From Nitrospirota bacterium (GTDB lineage: Bacteria > Nitrospirota > UBA9217), in the NCBI GenBank assembly GCA_963737155.1, contig CAVTRN010000001.1, positions 1,152,001-1,216,000 of the forward strand: a stretch of DNA of 64,000 nt. The letters are read 5' to 3'. Positions 1 through 9,660 of this stretch are shown here, piece by piece (position 1 is the stretch's first letter; each line of letters opens with the position of its first letter). A program made the translations under genes and the position numbers. The notes beneath the pieces were generated by a model. That model was given only the letters and a program-made list of their open reading frames with translations, was not told where the DNA came from and ran no database searches.

Positions 1-752
1 ACGGTATCTACTCCCCGGGCATTCAAACACTAGCAAAGCGCCTTCGCGAGCTCGACACGGTTGTGATCGTGGCGCCTGACCGTGAACGCAGCGCAGCAGG
101 CCACTCTATGACGCTCCACCGGCCGCTGCTGATCGAGGAACTCAAGGAATCCATGTTCAGCGTGAACGGTACGCCGACGGACTGTGTAAATATCGCTGTC
201 AAGGGTCTGCTGAAGGATATGCCGAAGCTGGTCGTCTCTGGTATCAACAAAGGGCCGAACCTGGGAGATGATGTGACCTATTCCGGCACTGTGGCTGGCG
301 CTATCGAGGGACTCATGCTCGGAATTCCTTCCTTTGCCATATCACTGAATGCGCGCGAGGACTTCCGATTTGCCGATGCGGCTGAAATTGCGGCCCGCAC
401 GGCAGAACGTATTCTGGAGCAGGGGCTTCCCAATGGCACGCTCCTTAATATCAATGTCCCCAATCTCCCCGTGATTGAAATGCAGGGAACACGCATTACA
501 AGGCTTGGCAAGCGGATATATCATCAGATGACAGTGGAACGGGTGGACCCACGCGGGAAAAAATACTACTGGATAGGGGGAGGCGAGCCCGACTGGGAGC
601 GGGAAGACGGAACGGATCTCGATGCGGTAGACCGGAAATTCGTTTCCATCACGCCTCTTCACCTCGACCTTACTGACTATTCCTCGTTCGACCGGTTACG
701 GGCCATGGAATCAATGTCCTATGCAGCACCGCTGCACAGGAGCGCCGAGTGA
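1..752 (+). CDS. surE: 5'/3'-nucleotidase SurE (5' end outside window)
   Basis: Frame open from window start (GIYSPGI...[13 protein letters not shown]); NGTPTDCV and [19 protein letters not shown] motifs; precedes pcm. Confidence 0.96.
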   Translation, partial: GIYSPGIQTLAKRLRELDTVVIVAPDRERSAAGHSMTLHRPLLIEELKESMFSVNGTPTDCVNIAVKGLLKDMPKLVVSGINKGPNLGDDVTYSGTVAGAIEGLMLGIPSFAISLNAREDFRFADAAEIAARTAERILEQGLPNGTLLNINVPNLPVIEMQGTRITRLGKRIYHQMTVERVDPRGKKYYWIGGGEPDWEREDGTDLDAVDRKFVSITPLHLDLTDYSSFDRLRAMESMSYAAPLHRSAE

Positions 753-1393
753 TTAATTTCGAGAAAGAACGCCTACGCATGGTGGAGGAGCAGATTGCTG
801 GCAGGGGAGTGAAGGATGAAAGGGTGCTGGCGACCATGCGCAAGGTGCAGCGCCATGAATTCTTGCCTGAAGCGATTCGCAGCATGGCCTACCAGGATAG
901 CGCACTCCCCTTGGGCGAGGCCCAGACCATATCCCAACCTTACATGGTTGGCCTGATGACCGAACTCCTGGAGTTAAAGGGTTCTGAGCGTGTGCTTGAG
1001 ATCGGAACCGGATCAGGATACCAGGCGGCGGTCCTTGCCGAGTTGAGCGAAAAAGTGTATACCGTGGAGCGCATCAAACTGCTTGCCGACCTGGCGCGAG
1101 CCAGTCTTGACCGGCTTGGATACCGGAGCGTGGCTATTAAAGTATATGACGGAACCTACGGCTGGAAGGAAATGGCGCCATTTGACGCAATTTTGGTGAC
1201 GGCGGGCTCGCCCGATATCCCCGCCCCGCTAATCGACCAACTGAAAGAAGGCGGCAGGATGGTCATTCCCGTGGGGGGCCGGTATGGCCAGACTCTGATG
1301 AAAATTGTGAAAACGTCGCAGGGAACGGTGACGGAGCGAAGCATCCCGTGCGTGTTCGTGCCGCTTATCGGCAATCACGGGTGGAAGGAGTGA
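749..1393 (+). CDS. pcm: Protein-L-isoaspartate O-methyltransferase
   Basis: QTISQPYMV and [16 protein letters not shown]-binding motifs; GTGA overlap with surE stop. Confidence 0.96.
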   Translation: MINFEKERLRMVEEQIAGRGVKDERVLATMRKVQRHEFLPEAIRSMAYQDSALPLGEAQTISQPYMVGLMTELLELKGSERVLEIGTGSGYQAAVLAELSEKVYTVERIKLLADLARASLDRLGYRSVAIKVYDGTYGWKEMAPFDAILVTAGSPDIPAPLIDQLKEGGRMVIPVGGRYGQTLMKIVKTSQGTVTERSIPCVFVPLIGNHGWKE

Positions 1394-1479
1394 GTATCTC
1401 TTAAGATATCGGCAACTGGCAGGATGATTGCCGGTTATAATGCTGTGCCGGGGCGTTATCTCCTCAATTCCTATCGATG

Positions 1480-1605
1480 CATAGAGTAATGAAAGTACCA
1501 GCCCGATAACAGTTCCCAATAACGACCCGATCAGCACGTCCGTTGAATAGTGTGCCCCGAGCTATATTCTCGAAAAATCAATCAACCAGACCAGGAATAG
1601 AAAGC
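1480..1605 (-). pseudogene. PAP2-family phosphatase C-terminal remnant
   Basis: Minus strand reads FLFLVWLIDFSRI*LGAHYSTDVLIGSLLG, the PAP2 C3 motif SRxYLGxHxxxD with an in-frame TAG at the Tyr. Confidence 0.7.
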
Positions 1606-1705
1606 TTGAAGAGTCATGAGTGGGTGCTTTGTCCGATGATTGACGGTTAAAGCAGGGGTTCAAATGATGAGTAAAGTTTTCAAAAGGCACAAATGTTTGT
1701 GCGGC

Positions 1706-2044
1706 TTATTTTTTCCGGAGGCAGCATTTTATGACGTTCGTGTCGCTCACCTCAATGAGGCCTTTATCGACAACTGAAGTAATATCCTCAAGGATATCGT
1801 TGATTATTTCTTCAGAATCGACTACTTCGATTTTGACTGGTAACGTTGTTGACAGTTCCAGCATCTTTGTCGTGTGAAGCACGCCGTCGCTGCCGTATCC
1901 GGCGAGGCCTCGGAACACACTGGCGCCGGCTACTTTCCTTTTAAAAAAAATGTCCAGGAGCAACTCATAAACTGGTTTGCCACGGAACTTTTCCCCCTCG
2001 TCGATGTATATTGTCAGTTTTTTTGCAGGGCCTTTTTTGACCAT
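1706..2044 (-). CDS. DUF190 (PII-like) protein
   Basis: LTIYIDE...GASVFRGLAGYG...LPVKIEVVD signature; GGAG RBS; usual neighbour of crcB. Confidence 0.9.
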   Translation of the reverse strand: MVKKGPAKKLTIYIDEGEKFRGKPVYELLLDIFFKRKVAGASVFRGLAGYGSDGVLHTTKMLELSTTLPVKIEVVDSEEIINDILEDITSVVDKGLIEVSDTNVIKCCLRKK

Positions 2045-2139
2045 GGACAACTCCTTTCAAACTACTGTGGATGCAGAAACGAGGCATGGTCTTGCCTGAA
2101 TCCATTTTCTTTGTCTTTCAGGCGCTATGGTTGATGTTG

Positions 2140-2514
2140 CTATATGTTTTTTGCAAGCATTTCACCCAGTTTCAACGCAATAAAGCCGACCGTGACGCTG
2201 AAGACAACGTTCATCGCGGCGATCAGCCACTCACTGTCCCTTACGAGAGCTCCGGTTTCGTACTCAAACGTAGAAAAAGTCGTATAAGCGCCGAGGAAGC
2301 CGACAACGAGGAGTAGCCTCCATTGCGGATTGACCAGCAATCGCTCCGTAAAAAGGGTCATGAGCAGGCCGATGACAAAACTGCCGGAAACGTTGATGAC
2401 GAAGGTCCCGAGCGGAAAAATCCGGCCCCAGCGCTGCCCGATCCAGACCGCCATACCATAGCGGGCAATGGATCCGATAAACCCGCCGATGCCTATAATG
2501 AGAATGTTCATCAT
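2140..2514 (-). CDS. crcB: Fluoride efflux channel CrcB/FluC
   Basis: GGFIGSIARY, GTFVINVSG and GFLGAYTTFSTF motifs; start placed at MMNIL. Confidence 0.95.
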   Translation of the reverse strand: MMNILIIGIGGFIGSIARYGMAVWIGQRWGRIFPLGTFVINVSGSFVIGLLMTLFTERLLVNPQWRLLLVVGFLGAYTTFSTFEYETGALVRDSEWLIAAMNVVFSVTVGFIALKLGEMLAKNI

Positions 2515-2690
2515 GATGTTTTCCAATTCCAAAAATGCTGTATTCTTATCAGATGGCGATTCGTAAGTCAATGAAAATGCAGAGGAGACTGGATATGTCG
2601 GATATCAGAGAAAAATCTTTTGCAAGGGGGTAAAAAAGTGTATAATAAATTAATTAAGCGGCATGCCATAGCGAGAGAAGGAGAATGATC

Positions 2691-2915
2691 ATGAGGGAAA
2701 AAGTAGAAGAGGCACTCAAGAAGGTACGGCCCATGCTTCAACGGGATGGTGGAGATATTGAACTTGTCAGCGTGGATGAGAAGGGTATTGTAAAGGTCCG
2801 GCTTAAAGGTGCCTGCGGTGCCTGTCCAATGTCGACCATGACGCTTAAGATGGGTGTCGAAAAGATGCTGAAACAGGAAGTTCCAGACGTCAAGGAAGTG
2901 GTACAAGTAGCCTAA
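2691..2915 (+). CDS. NifU/Nfu-domain Fe-S cluster carrier
   Basis: [15 protein letters not shown]...GACGACPMS CxxC motif; AAGGAG RBS. Confidence 0.93.
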   Translation: MREKVEEALKKVRPMLQRDGGDIELVSVDEKGIVKVRLKGACGACPMSTMTLKMGVEKMLKQEVPDVKEVVQVA

Positions 2916-2924
2916 GTCAGTATT

Positions 2925-2979
2925 CCCCTGGCAGGTTCGGAAGGATTCGTTCGCGGGATGTCCGCCGATCCTGTCGGGG
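2925..2979 (+). other. GC-rich 3'-UTR stem-loop downstream of the nfu gene
   Basis: CCCTGGCAGGTTCGG pairs with CCGATCCTGTCGGGG (G-U pairs on + strand); inner CG-TTCG-CG loop. Confidence 0.55.
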
Positions 2980-3163
2980 CATTTGACCGATTATTTCCCC
3001 CCGTCAGTCACATTATGTTTGCATTTAATCGCATCTAATTTCCCAAAAAATGAATTCTCACCCCTGAATTATTTCACCCGGGAAATGAATTTACTGTGCC
3101 GAAAAAATGTTGATATTTGAAATAAATCAGAATTATTCTCAATAGGATACGGGAAAAATTAGC

Positions 3164-3192
3164 TTGACACAAAAGCATCATTCTGTTATAAA
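3164..3192 (+). promoter_or_regulatory. Putative sigma70 promoter of rnf operon
   Basis: TTGACA-17bp-TATAAA with TG extended -10. Confidence 0.65.
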
Positions 3193-3290
3193 CGGTGCGG
3201 CTCAGCAGATATTCTCAAGCTGTAATTTCCTGTAAAATTCACTGTTTTCTACTTTACTATAATAATATTGAATAATGGCAGGTGAGACTG

Positions 3291-4628
3291 ATGGAAGCCA
3301 CGACCGTAAAAGCGCACGACACGTTCAGCGGAGGTGTGCATCCTGCTGACAATAAGTACCTTTCAGCACACAAACCAACCGTTGCCGCCGCTATTCCCAA
3401 AAGAGCAATCATACCCCTCAGCCAGCACATCGGAGCACCCACGAAACCCCTCGTCGTTATCGGGCAGGAAGTAAAAAAAGGAGAGAAGATCGGAGAAACA
3501 ACAGGATTTGTTTCCGCGCCTGTACATGCTTCGATCTCGGGTAAAGTGGTTGCTATCTCTAGTTTCCCGCATATTCTGGGCGTGGACTTACCTGGCGTCG
3601 TCATCGAGAGCGACGGCAAGGATGAGTGGGTCGCCGGCCTCAAGGAAATTCCCGATTACAATATGCTCAGCTCCGAAGAGCTCAAGAAGCTGGTACAGGA
3701 TGCCGGTATCGTGGGTATGGGGGGGGCGACCTTTCCAACCCATGTCAAGCTTTCTCCTCCTAAAGAAAAACCGATTGACATCGTGATCCTGAACGGCGCT
3801 GAGTGCGAGCCCTATCTTACATCCGATCACCGGCTCATGCTTGAGAAGTCGAAGGAGATAGTTGAGGGCCTCAGGATCCTGATGCGGATTCTGAATGTGA
3901 GTAAGGGATATATCGGCATCGAATCCAATAAGCCCGACGCCATCGAGGCTATGAGCAAGGCCGTGGGCAGCTCCTCCTCCGATGTCAAGGTCTGGCCGGT
4001 CAAGGTAAAATACCCCCAGGGTGCTGAAAAGATGCTGATTAAAGCTATCGCTGGCAGAACGGTGCCCGCCGGTGGGCTTCCGATGGACATAGGCGTGGTC
4101 GTGCAGAACGTCGGTACGGCTGAGGCCATTTATAATGCCGTACGCTACGGCAGGCCCCTCATAGAACGTTACGTAACCGTGACCGGTCGCGGTGTAAAAG
4201 AGCCAAAGAATTTTCTCGTCCGGATTGGCACGCCTTTTTCTCAGCTGATCGAGGAGGCTGGCGGTCTGACCGATACCGCAGCGAAGGTGATCTCGGGCGG
4301 TCCTATGATGGGCATTAGCCAGTATACGCTCGATGTCCCAGTGATTAAGGGAACTTCGGGCATCACGGTTCTCCCAAAGGAGGAAGTCAGCACCAAACCC
4401 TATGGGCCATGCATTCGCTGCGCACGCTGCATTGACGCCTGTCCCATGAAGCTTCAGCCGTCGCTCATCGGCGTTTTTATCGAAAAGGGGCATTATCAGG
4501 ACGCCAAGGACTACAATCTTATGGACTGCTTTGAGTGCGGTTCCTGTACCTTTGTCTGCCCGGCAAACCGACCGATAGTGCAGTGGGTCAAAAAAGCGAA
4601 GAAAGAACTGGCAAAGAAGAAAAACTAA
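3291..4628 (+). CDS. rnfC: Rnf complex subunit C
   Basis: GGVHP, AGIVGMGGATFPTHVK, NGAECEPYLT, YPQGAEK; two 4Fe-4S motifs CIRCARC and CFECGSC. Confidence 0.97.
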   Translation: MEATTVKAHDTFSGGVHPADNKYLSAHKPTVAAAIPKRAIIPLSQHIGAPTKPLVVIGQEVKKGEKIGETTGFVSAPVHASISGKVVAISSFPHILGVDLPGVVIESDGKDEWVAGLKEIPDYNMLSSEELKKLVQDAGIVGMGGATFPTHVKLSPPKEKPIDIVILNGAECEPYLTSDHRLMLEKSKEIVEGLRILMRILNVSKGYIGIESNKPDAIEAMSKAVGSSSSDVKVWPVKVKYPQGAEKMLIKAIAGRTVPAGGLPMDIGVVVQNVGTAEAIYNAVRYGRPLIERYVTVTGRGVKEPKNFLVRIGTPFSQLIEEAGGLTDTAAKVISGGPMMGISQYTLDVPVIKGTSGITVLPKEEVSTKPYGPCIRCARCIDACPMKLQPSLIGVFIEKGHYQDAKDYNLMDCFECGSCTFVCPANRPIVQWVKKAKKELAKKKN

Positions 4629-4713
4629 AAGCGCAGAAAGCAGAATGCAGGGCGCAAACATTTTGTTCGCCATGCGCCATGCCGCCAAGCGTACTTTAAG
4701 CGAGGTCAATTCG

Positions 4714-5745
4714 ATGGATGCACCTGTTAAGGAACAAGCAAAAGTACAGCCCAAACTGATTGTATCGATCGGGCCCCACATGCATGATACCGAGAGCACC
4801 TCGAAAATCATGTGGACCGTTAGCGGTGCGCTTCTTCCCGCAACGCTTATGTCAGTGTACTACTTCGGCATGCCGGCGGTCATGGTCATTCTGGTTTGTA
4901 TCGTGACTTCGCTCCTGGCCGAGGCTGGGATGCAGTGGATACTGAAGAAGCCGATTACGGTCACCGACGGGAGTGCTTTCCTGACCGGCCTGTTGCTAGC
5001 ACTGAACCTTCCATCCAATGCGCCGCTTTACATACCTTTTGTCGGATCCATCGTGGCCATCATGATCGCCAAGCAGCTCTTCGGCGGGCTCGGCTATAAC
5101 ATTTTCAACCCGGCACTCGTCGGCCGTGCATTCGTTCTAATCAGTTTTGCGAAAATCATGACTACCTTCGTTTCTCCGGTTTCAACGTTCATGGCCGTTG
5201 ATGCCAAGACCACGGCAACGCCTCTGGTCATTATGAAAGAGGAAGGGATGGCGAAGCTCCTAGAAATTTATCACACTAAAGCCGCGCTGTACCGGGATCT
5301 CTTCCTCGGCAACCATGCCGGCTCCCTCGGAGAAACATCGGTCATCGCAATCTTGCTCGGTGCTGCATTCCTTATGATGAAACGGTACATTACCTGGCAT
5401 ATTCCTATTCCTTTCATCGCCACGGTGGGCATTCTCACTTGGATATTCGGCGGCAAGGACGGCCTGATGACCGGCGATCCGATTCTCCACATGATGTCCG
5501 GCGGCCTCATCTTGGGCGCTTTCTTTATGGCGACGGACTACGTTACCGGTCCCTCGGTCAGGAGCGCCCAGGTTGTATTCGGCGTCTGCGCCGGAATTCT
5601 TACCACGCTCATACGCCTGAAAGGTGGCTACCCCGAAGGCGTGATGTTCTCCATCCTCCTCATGAACTGCTTCGCGCCACTCCTTGATCGTGGTTTGAGG
5701 AGCCGCGTCTTCGGTAAAGCCGAGGCTAAGGGGGTTAAGAAATGA
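4714..5745 (+). CDS. rnfD: Rnf complex subunit D
   Basis: KQLFGGLGYNIFNPALVGR, TTATPL FMN site, GAFFMATDY, GYPEGV. Confidence 0.97.
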   Translation: MDAPVKEQAKVQPKLIVSIGPHMHDTESTSKIMWTVSGALLPATLMSVYYFGMPAVMVILVCIVTSLLAEAGMQWILKKPITVTDGSAFLTGLLLALNLPSNAPLYIPFVGSIVAIMIAKQLFGGLGYNIFNPALVGRAFVLISFAKIMTTFVSPVSTFMAVDAKTTATPLVIMKEEGMAKLLEIYHTKAALYRDLFLGNHAGSLGETSVIAILLGAAFLMMKRYITWHIPIPFIATVGILTWIFGGKDGLMTGDPILHMMSGGLILGAFFMATDYVTGPSVRSAQVVFGVCAGILTTLIRLKGGYPEGVMFSILLMNCFAPLLDRGLRSRVFGKAEAKGVKK

Positions 5746-6329
5746 AGGACCTTATTAAGATAACCCTGCCTCTCGTAGCCATTTTCGTCGTTGCGGGTAT
5801 TATTATGAGCGTGACCTATCAACACACCTATCCGGTCCGGTTTCAGGCCGAGAAAAGGGAAAAGGAAGAAGCCTTGAAAGAGATGGCACCCGATGCCACC
5901 GATCCGATTAATCCGGCAGGCGCCTGGACCGACAATAACAAGCCTTATGAGTATTATAAGGCGACGTCAGGTGGGATGCCGGTGGCCTATATTGCGAGTA
6001 CCGCGGGAAAGGGTTATTCGAGCTATATCCAGATGCTTGTTTCTCTGAACCCCGACCTGAAAATCAAGGATGTTAAAATCCTGGATATGAATGAGACTCC
6101 GGGCTTGGGCGACCAAGTCCTGGAACAGAGCTTTCTCGACGAGTTCAAGGGCAAATCGCTTTCACAGATTGTCCTGGTCAAAGGCGAAACCAAGGAAAAC
6201 ATCCAGGCCGTATCCGGCGCCACCTATTCGAGCCGCGGTGTGACGAATGGCGTCAAGGCTGCCGTTCAGACGCTCGTTGATAAGTACGGGGCAGGTATCA
6301 AGACGTCGCTGCAGGAGGTGACGAAGTGA
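5742..6329 (+). CDS. rnfG: Rnf complex subunit G
   Basis: N-terminal TM helix, ETPGLG, SGAT FMN attachment motif. Confidence 0.95.
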   Translation: MKDLIKITLPLVAIFVVAGIIMSVTYQHTYPVRFQAEKREKEEALKEMAPDATDPINPAGAWTDNNKPYEYYKATSGGMPVAYIASTAGKGYSSYIQMLVSLNPDLKIKDVKILDMNETPGLGDQVLEQSFLDEFKGKSLSQIVLVKGETKENIQAVSGATYSSRGVTNGVKAAVQTLVDKYGAGIKTSLQEVTK

Positions 6330-6955
6330 GCAATAATACCACGTTAGGGACGCTCTTTAAAAACGGCATCTTCGGCGAGAACCCAGTCTTCAGGCTTGCC
6401 CTGTCCCTCTGTCCGGCGGTGGCCGTTACCAGCGGTGTAAAGAATGGATTTCTGATGGGGATTGCGGTTCTTTTCGTCATGACCATGACGAACGTGACCG
6501 TTTCGTTGCTACGGAACTTTATTAATCCGAAGGTGCGTATTCCCTCCTATGTATTCATCACCGCCACTTGGGTCACGGTGATCGATCAGGTCATGTCGGC
6601 CTATCAAAGAGCGGTATATAAGGAAATGGGCCTTTATATCATGCTCATCGTTGCTTTCGCTATCATCCTTTCGCGGGCGGAGATGTTCGCGAGCAAGAAC
6701 AAGCTTTTGCCGTCCTTCGTGGACGGCGTGGGAATGGGACTTGGTTTTACCCTTGCTCTTATGCTTCTCGGCGTGTTCAGGGAGTTTTTGGGCAAGGGAT
6801 CGCTCTGGGGCGTCCACATTCTGCCGGTAAAGCCGCTTCTCATCATGATTATGCCGACAGGCGGATTTTTCGCCATGGGTCTCATGATGGGTTGGCTCAA
6901 CTGGGTCGATCGAAAGTTCTTTGGCGGCGCGGGTGCGAGCAGTGGGGGACATTAG
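6326..6955 (+). CDS. rnfE: Rnf complex subunit E
   Basis: ENPVFRLALSLCPAVAVT, VRIP; multi-TM. Confidence 0.95.
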   Translation: MSNNTTLGTLFKNGIFGENPVFRLALSLCPAVAVTSGVKNGFLMGIAVLFVMTMTNVTVSLLRNFINPKVRIPSYVFITATWVTVIDQVMSAYQRAVYKEMGLYIMLIVAFAIILSRAEMFASKNKLLPSFVDGVGMGLGFTLALMLLGVFREFLGKGSLWGVHILPVKPLLIMIMPTGGFFAMGLMMGWLNWVDRKFFGGAGASSGGH

Positions 6956-7000
6956 GAATAGCGAGTCTGGCGAGTCAAGCTCATTACCGGAGGTAATGCT

Positions 7001-7585
7001 ATGTGGCAGCATGTTCTGACAATATTTATCGCATCAGCACTCATCAACAATTTTGTTTTTTCACGCTATCTTGGCCTCTGCATTTTCTTCGGTGTTACGA
7101 AAAGAATGGAGACCGCGATCGGGATGAGCTTCACCTTTACCGCCGTCATGCTGGTCGAGGCAGTCATTAACTGGGCAATCTACACCTATGTCATGGTTCC
7201 CTATCATCTGGGCTTCTTGAAAATCGTGATCTTCATAGGAACAGTCGCCGCATTCGTGCAGGCTGCGGACACGATGATGAAGAAAGTCGCGCCCGCTCTG
7301 TATTATAAGCTGGGAATATACCTCGCGTTGATTGTGACGAACTGCATCATTCTCGCTGTTCCACTCATCAATGCCGATAATAATTACAGCCTTTTCGAGA
7401 GTATGGCGCTTGCCGTAGGATCGGGGCTCGGGTTCAGCTTGGCCCTTATCATCATGGCAAGCATCCGGGAGAAACTAGAACTTGCCGACGTGCCCAGGTC
7501 ATTCCAGGGGCTGCCTATTTCGTTCGTACTGACCGGTCTTATCGCCCTTGCATTCTTGGGTTTTTCCGGCATGATCACGCTGTAA
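7001..7585 (+). CDS. rnfA: Rnf complex subunit A
   Basis: NNFVFSRYLGLC, LGIYLALIVTNC. Confidence 0.96.
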   Translation: MWQHVLTIFIASALINNFVFSRYLGLCIFFGVTKRMETAIGMSFTFTAVMLVEAVINWAIYTYVMVPYHLGFLKIVIFIGTVAAFVQAADTMMKKVAPALYYKLGIYLALIVTNCIILAVPLINADNNYSLFESMALAVGSGLGFSLALIIMASIREKLELADVPRSFQGLPISFVLTGLIALAFLGFSGMITL

Positions 7586-7613
7586 GAATCTGAATGAAGA
7601 AGGTACTTAAACC

Positions 7614-8780
7614 ATGTATGAACAAATGATGAACATTCTGCTGCAGGTGCTAAACCACGCCGTTAGTATTTTATTCAACAACGTCGTCCCGCGGATCGCA
7701 GTCGAAGGGGCGTTGGAGGCGACCGGTACAGTTCCGGCGACTACAGTCTATACGACATTAATCGTACTCGCAGGACTCGGCGTTGTTTTCGGTGTGGCGC
7801 TCGCCATTGTTGCGGCGAAGTTTGTGGTAAAGGTGGACCCCAAAGTGGAAAAAGTCCGGGAAACGCTTCCGGGGGCCAACTGCGGGGCCTGCGGATTTGC
7901 GGGTTGTATGGGCTATGCAGAGGCCGTAGTAGCGAATCCGGATGTGGCTGTGCACATGTGTGCCCCCGGCAAAGCTGCGGTGGCTGAAAAGGTCGCCGAG
8001 ATCACCGGCAAGAAGGCTGAAAAAATCGAGCCCAAGATAGCCCGGGTATTTTGCCAAGGTGGTAGCTCGCTCAGCCAGAGGAAGTTCATTTACACTGGCG
8101 TGCAGGACTGCACCGCAGCGGTGCTTGCCGCAGGTGGAGACAAATCCTGCGACTACGGATGCTTGGGTTACGGCACCTGCATGCGCGCATGCCCCTTTGG
8201 CGCGATCACGATGAGCGCCGACAATCTGCCGCTCATCAGCCACGAGAAATGTACGGCTTGCGGAAAGTGCGTAGCCGCCTGTCCCAAGCAGGTAATCGAA
8301 CTAGCGCAGGCTGCTAAAGCGGTAGTAATCAGCTGTCACAGCAGGGACAAGGGTATCGATGTCAAAAAGAAGTGCCAGGTTGGTTGTATTGCCTGCGGGA
8401 TCTGCGTAAGAACTTGCCCCGTAGATGCCATAAAGATCGAAAACAATCTCGCCCGTATTGATCACAGTAAGTGCATCGTCTGCGGATTGTGCGTCAAAAA
8501 ATGCCCCACGAGCGCAATTCACGATTATATCCCTGTACGACCGAAGGCGTACATTGATCCGACAAAATGCATGGGCATCGACGTATGCGAGAAGGTTTGC
8601 CCTGTGAACGCGATCTCCGGAGAAATCCGGTCACTGCATGTGGTCAACCAGGAGAAGTGCATCGGTTGCCGGATGTGTGAGTCACGGTGTCCCAAGAAAG
8701 CGATTACCATGATGGAATCCTCTTCAGCGACCACGCAGGCCAAATTCGCAAAAGCAAAAGAACCGGTTGCCGTATCATAG
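7614..8780 (+). CDS. rnfB: Rnf complex subunit B (polyferredoxin-type)
   Basis: LPGANCGACGFAGC, CDYGCLGYGTC and several further CxxCxxCxxxCP motifs. Confidence 0.95.
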   Translation: MYEQMMNILLQVLNHAVSILFNNVVPRIAVEGALEATGTVPATTVYTTLIVLAGLGVVFGVALAIVAAKFVVKVDPKVEKVRETLPGANCGACGFAGCMGYAEAVVANPDVAVHMCAPGKAAVAEKVAEITGKKAEKIEPKIARVFCQGGSSLSQRKFIYTGVQDCTAAVLAAGGDKSCDYGCLGYGTCMRACPFGAITMSADNLPLISHEKCTACGKCVAACPKQVIELAQAAKAVVISCHSRDKGIDVKKKCQVGCIACGICVRTCPVDAIKIENNLARIDHSKCIVCGLCVKKCPTSAIHDYIPVRPKAYIDPTKCMGIDVCEKVCPVNAISGEIRSLHVVNQEKCIGCRMCESRCPKKAITMMESSSATTQAKFAKAKEPVAVS

Positions 8781-8809
8781 TCATTATTGTTGGAAAACCT
8801 GCACATTGC

Positions 8810-8842
8810 AAGGGGGGATGCGTTATTGCATCCCCCCTTTTT
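8810..8842 (+). terminator. Intrinsic terminator after rnfB
   Basis: AAGGGGGGATGC-GTTATT-GCATCCCCCCTT followed by T-run. Confidence 0.85.
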
Positions 8843-9070
8843 AGCTCACCGGCGCCATAATACTGATCAATGATGTATACTATTCCTGACAGCTCACGAT
8901 GGGAAATTTTTCTGATCGCATGCAGCCAATTCTGCATAAAAGAGTTCTCGCTCTGCGTCCGAAAAACCCTCTCCCATTTTTTTGCTTGACAAAGTTTCAC
9001 GCATAGGCTAAAAACAAACTCGTTCTTTATTCAACGTAATTTTCAATTTGTTTTTTTCTGGGAGGGATAC

Positions 9071-9460
9071 ATGAATCCTGATGATATAAAATATCATAGA
9101 GAGCATACGTGGGTGCGGGCAGAGGGGAAGCGCGCGACCATTGGCATTACTGACTATGCGCAGCAGCAGCTTGGTGATATCGTATACATCGACCTGCCGG
9201 AAGCGGATGCTGATATCGATGCCGACTCTGAGCTTTCCGAGATTGAGTCCACCAAAGCAACGTCACCGGTGGTCAGCCCAGTATCGGGCGTGGTCGTCGA
9301 GGTGAACGAAGACCTTGCCGACTCACCGGAGATCATCAATGAGGATCCTTACGGCAATGGCTGGCTCGTAGTTGTCGACATGAGCGATTCGACGGAGTTG
9401 AACGATTTGATGAGTAAGTCGGAATACGAAAAGTTTTTGAAAGAAGAAGAAGGAAAGTAG
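9071..9460 (+). CDS. gcvH: Glycine cleavage system H protein (lipoyl carrier)
   Basis: HTWVR, GITDYAQQQLGDIV, ESTKA lipoyl-Lys, INEDPYGNGWL. Confidence 0.95.
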   Translation: MNPDDIKYHREHTWVRAEGKRATIGITDYAQQQLGDIVYIDLPEADADIDADSELSEIESTKATSPVVSPVSGVVVEVNEDLADSPEIINEDPYGNGWLVVVDMSDSTELNDLMSKSEYEKFLKEEEGK

Positions 9461-9499
9461 AAATTAGGCATGTGCGTTGCTATGATTGTACAAGGACTG

Positions 9500-9529
9500 A
9501 AAGGGAGAGTATATACTCTCCCTTTTTTT
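9500..9529 (+). terminator. Intrinsic terminator after gcvH
   Basis: AAAGGGAGAGTA-TA-TACTCTCCCTTT followed by T-run. Confidence 0.8.
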
Positions 9530-9660
9530 GTGAGGAAGATCAGACTTCAACGCAGTGTCATTGACCATCAGAGGATGAGTCCTTTATCCGTTCACATGCC
9601 TTCCGGTCAAATCTGTGGTATAATACCGTTCGATCCGGTTTATTGTTCAAGGAGCTTATC

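Noticed and set aside
2515-2690. Fluoride riboswitch upstream of crcB
   Set aside because: No recognisable crcB-motif consensus on the minus strand
3588-4811. 407-aa minus-strand ORF, and similar long antisense ORFs (58134-59246, 40607-41551, 37815-38507, 61205-61921)
   Set aside because: They are shadows of well-supported genes or pseudogenes on the opposite strand and carry no motifs
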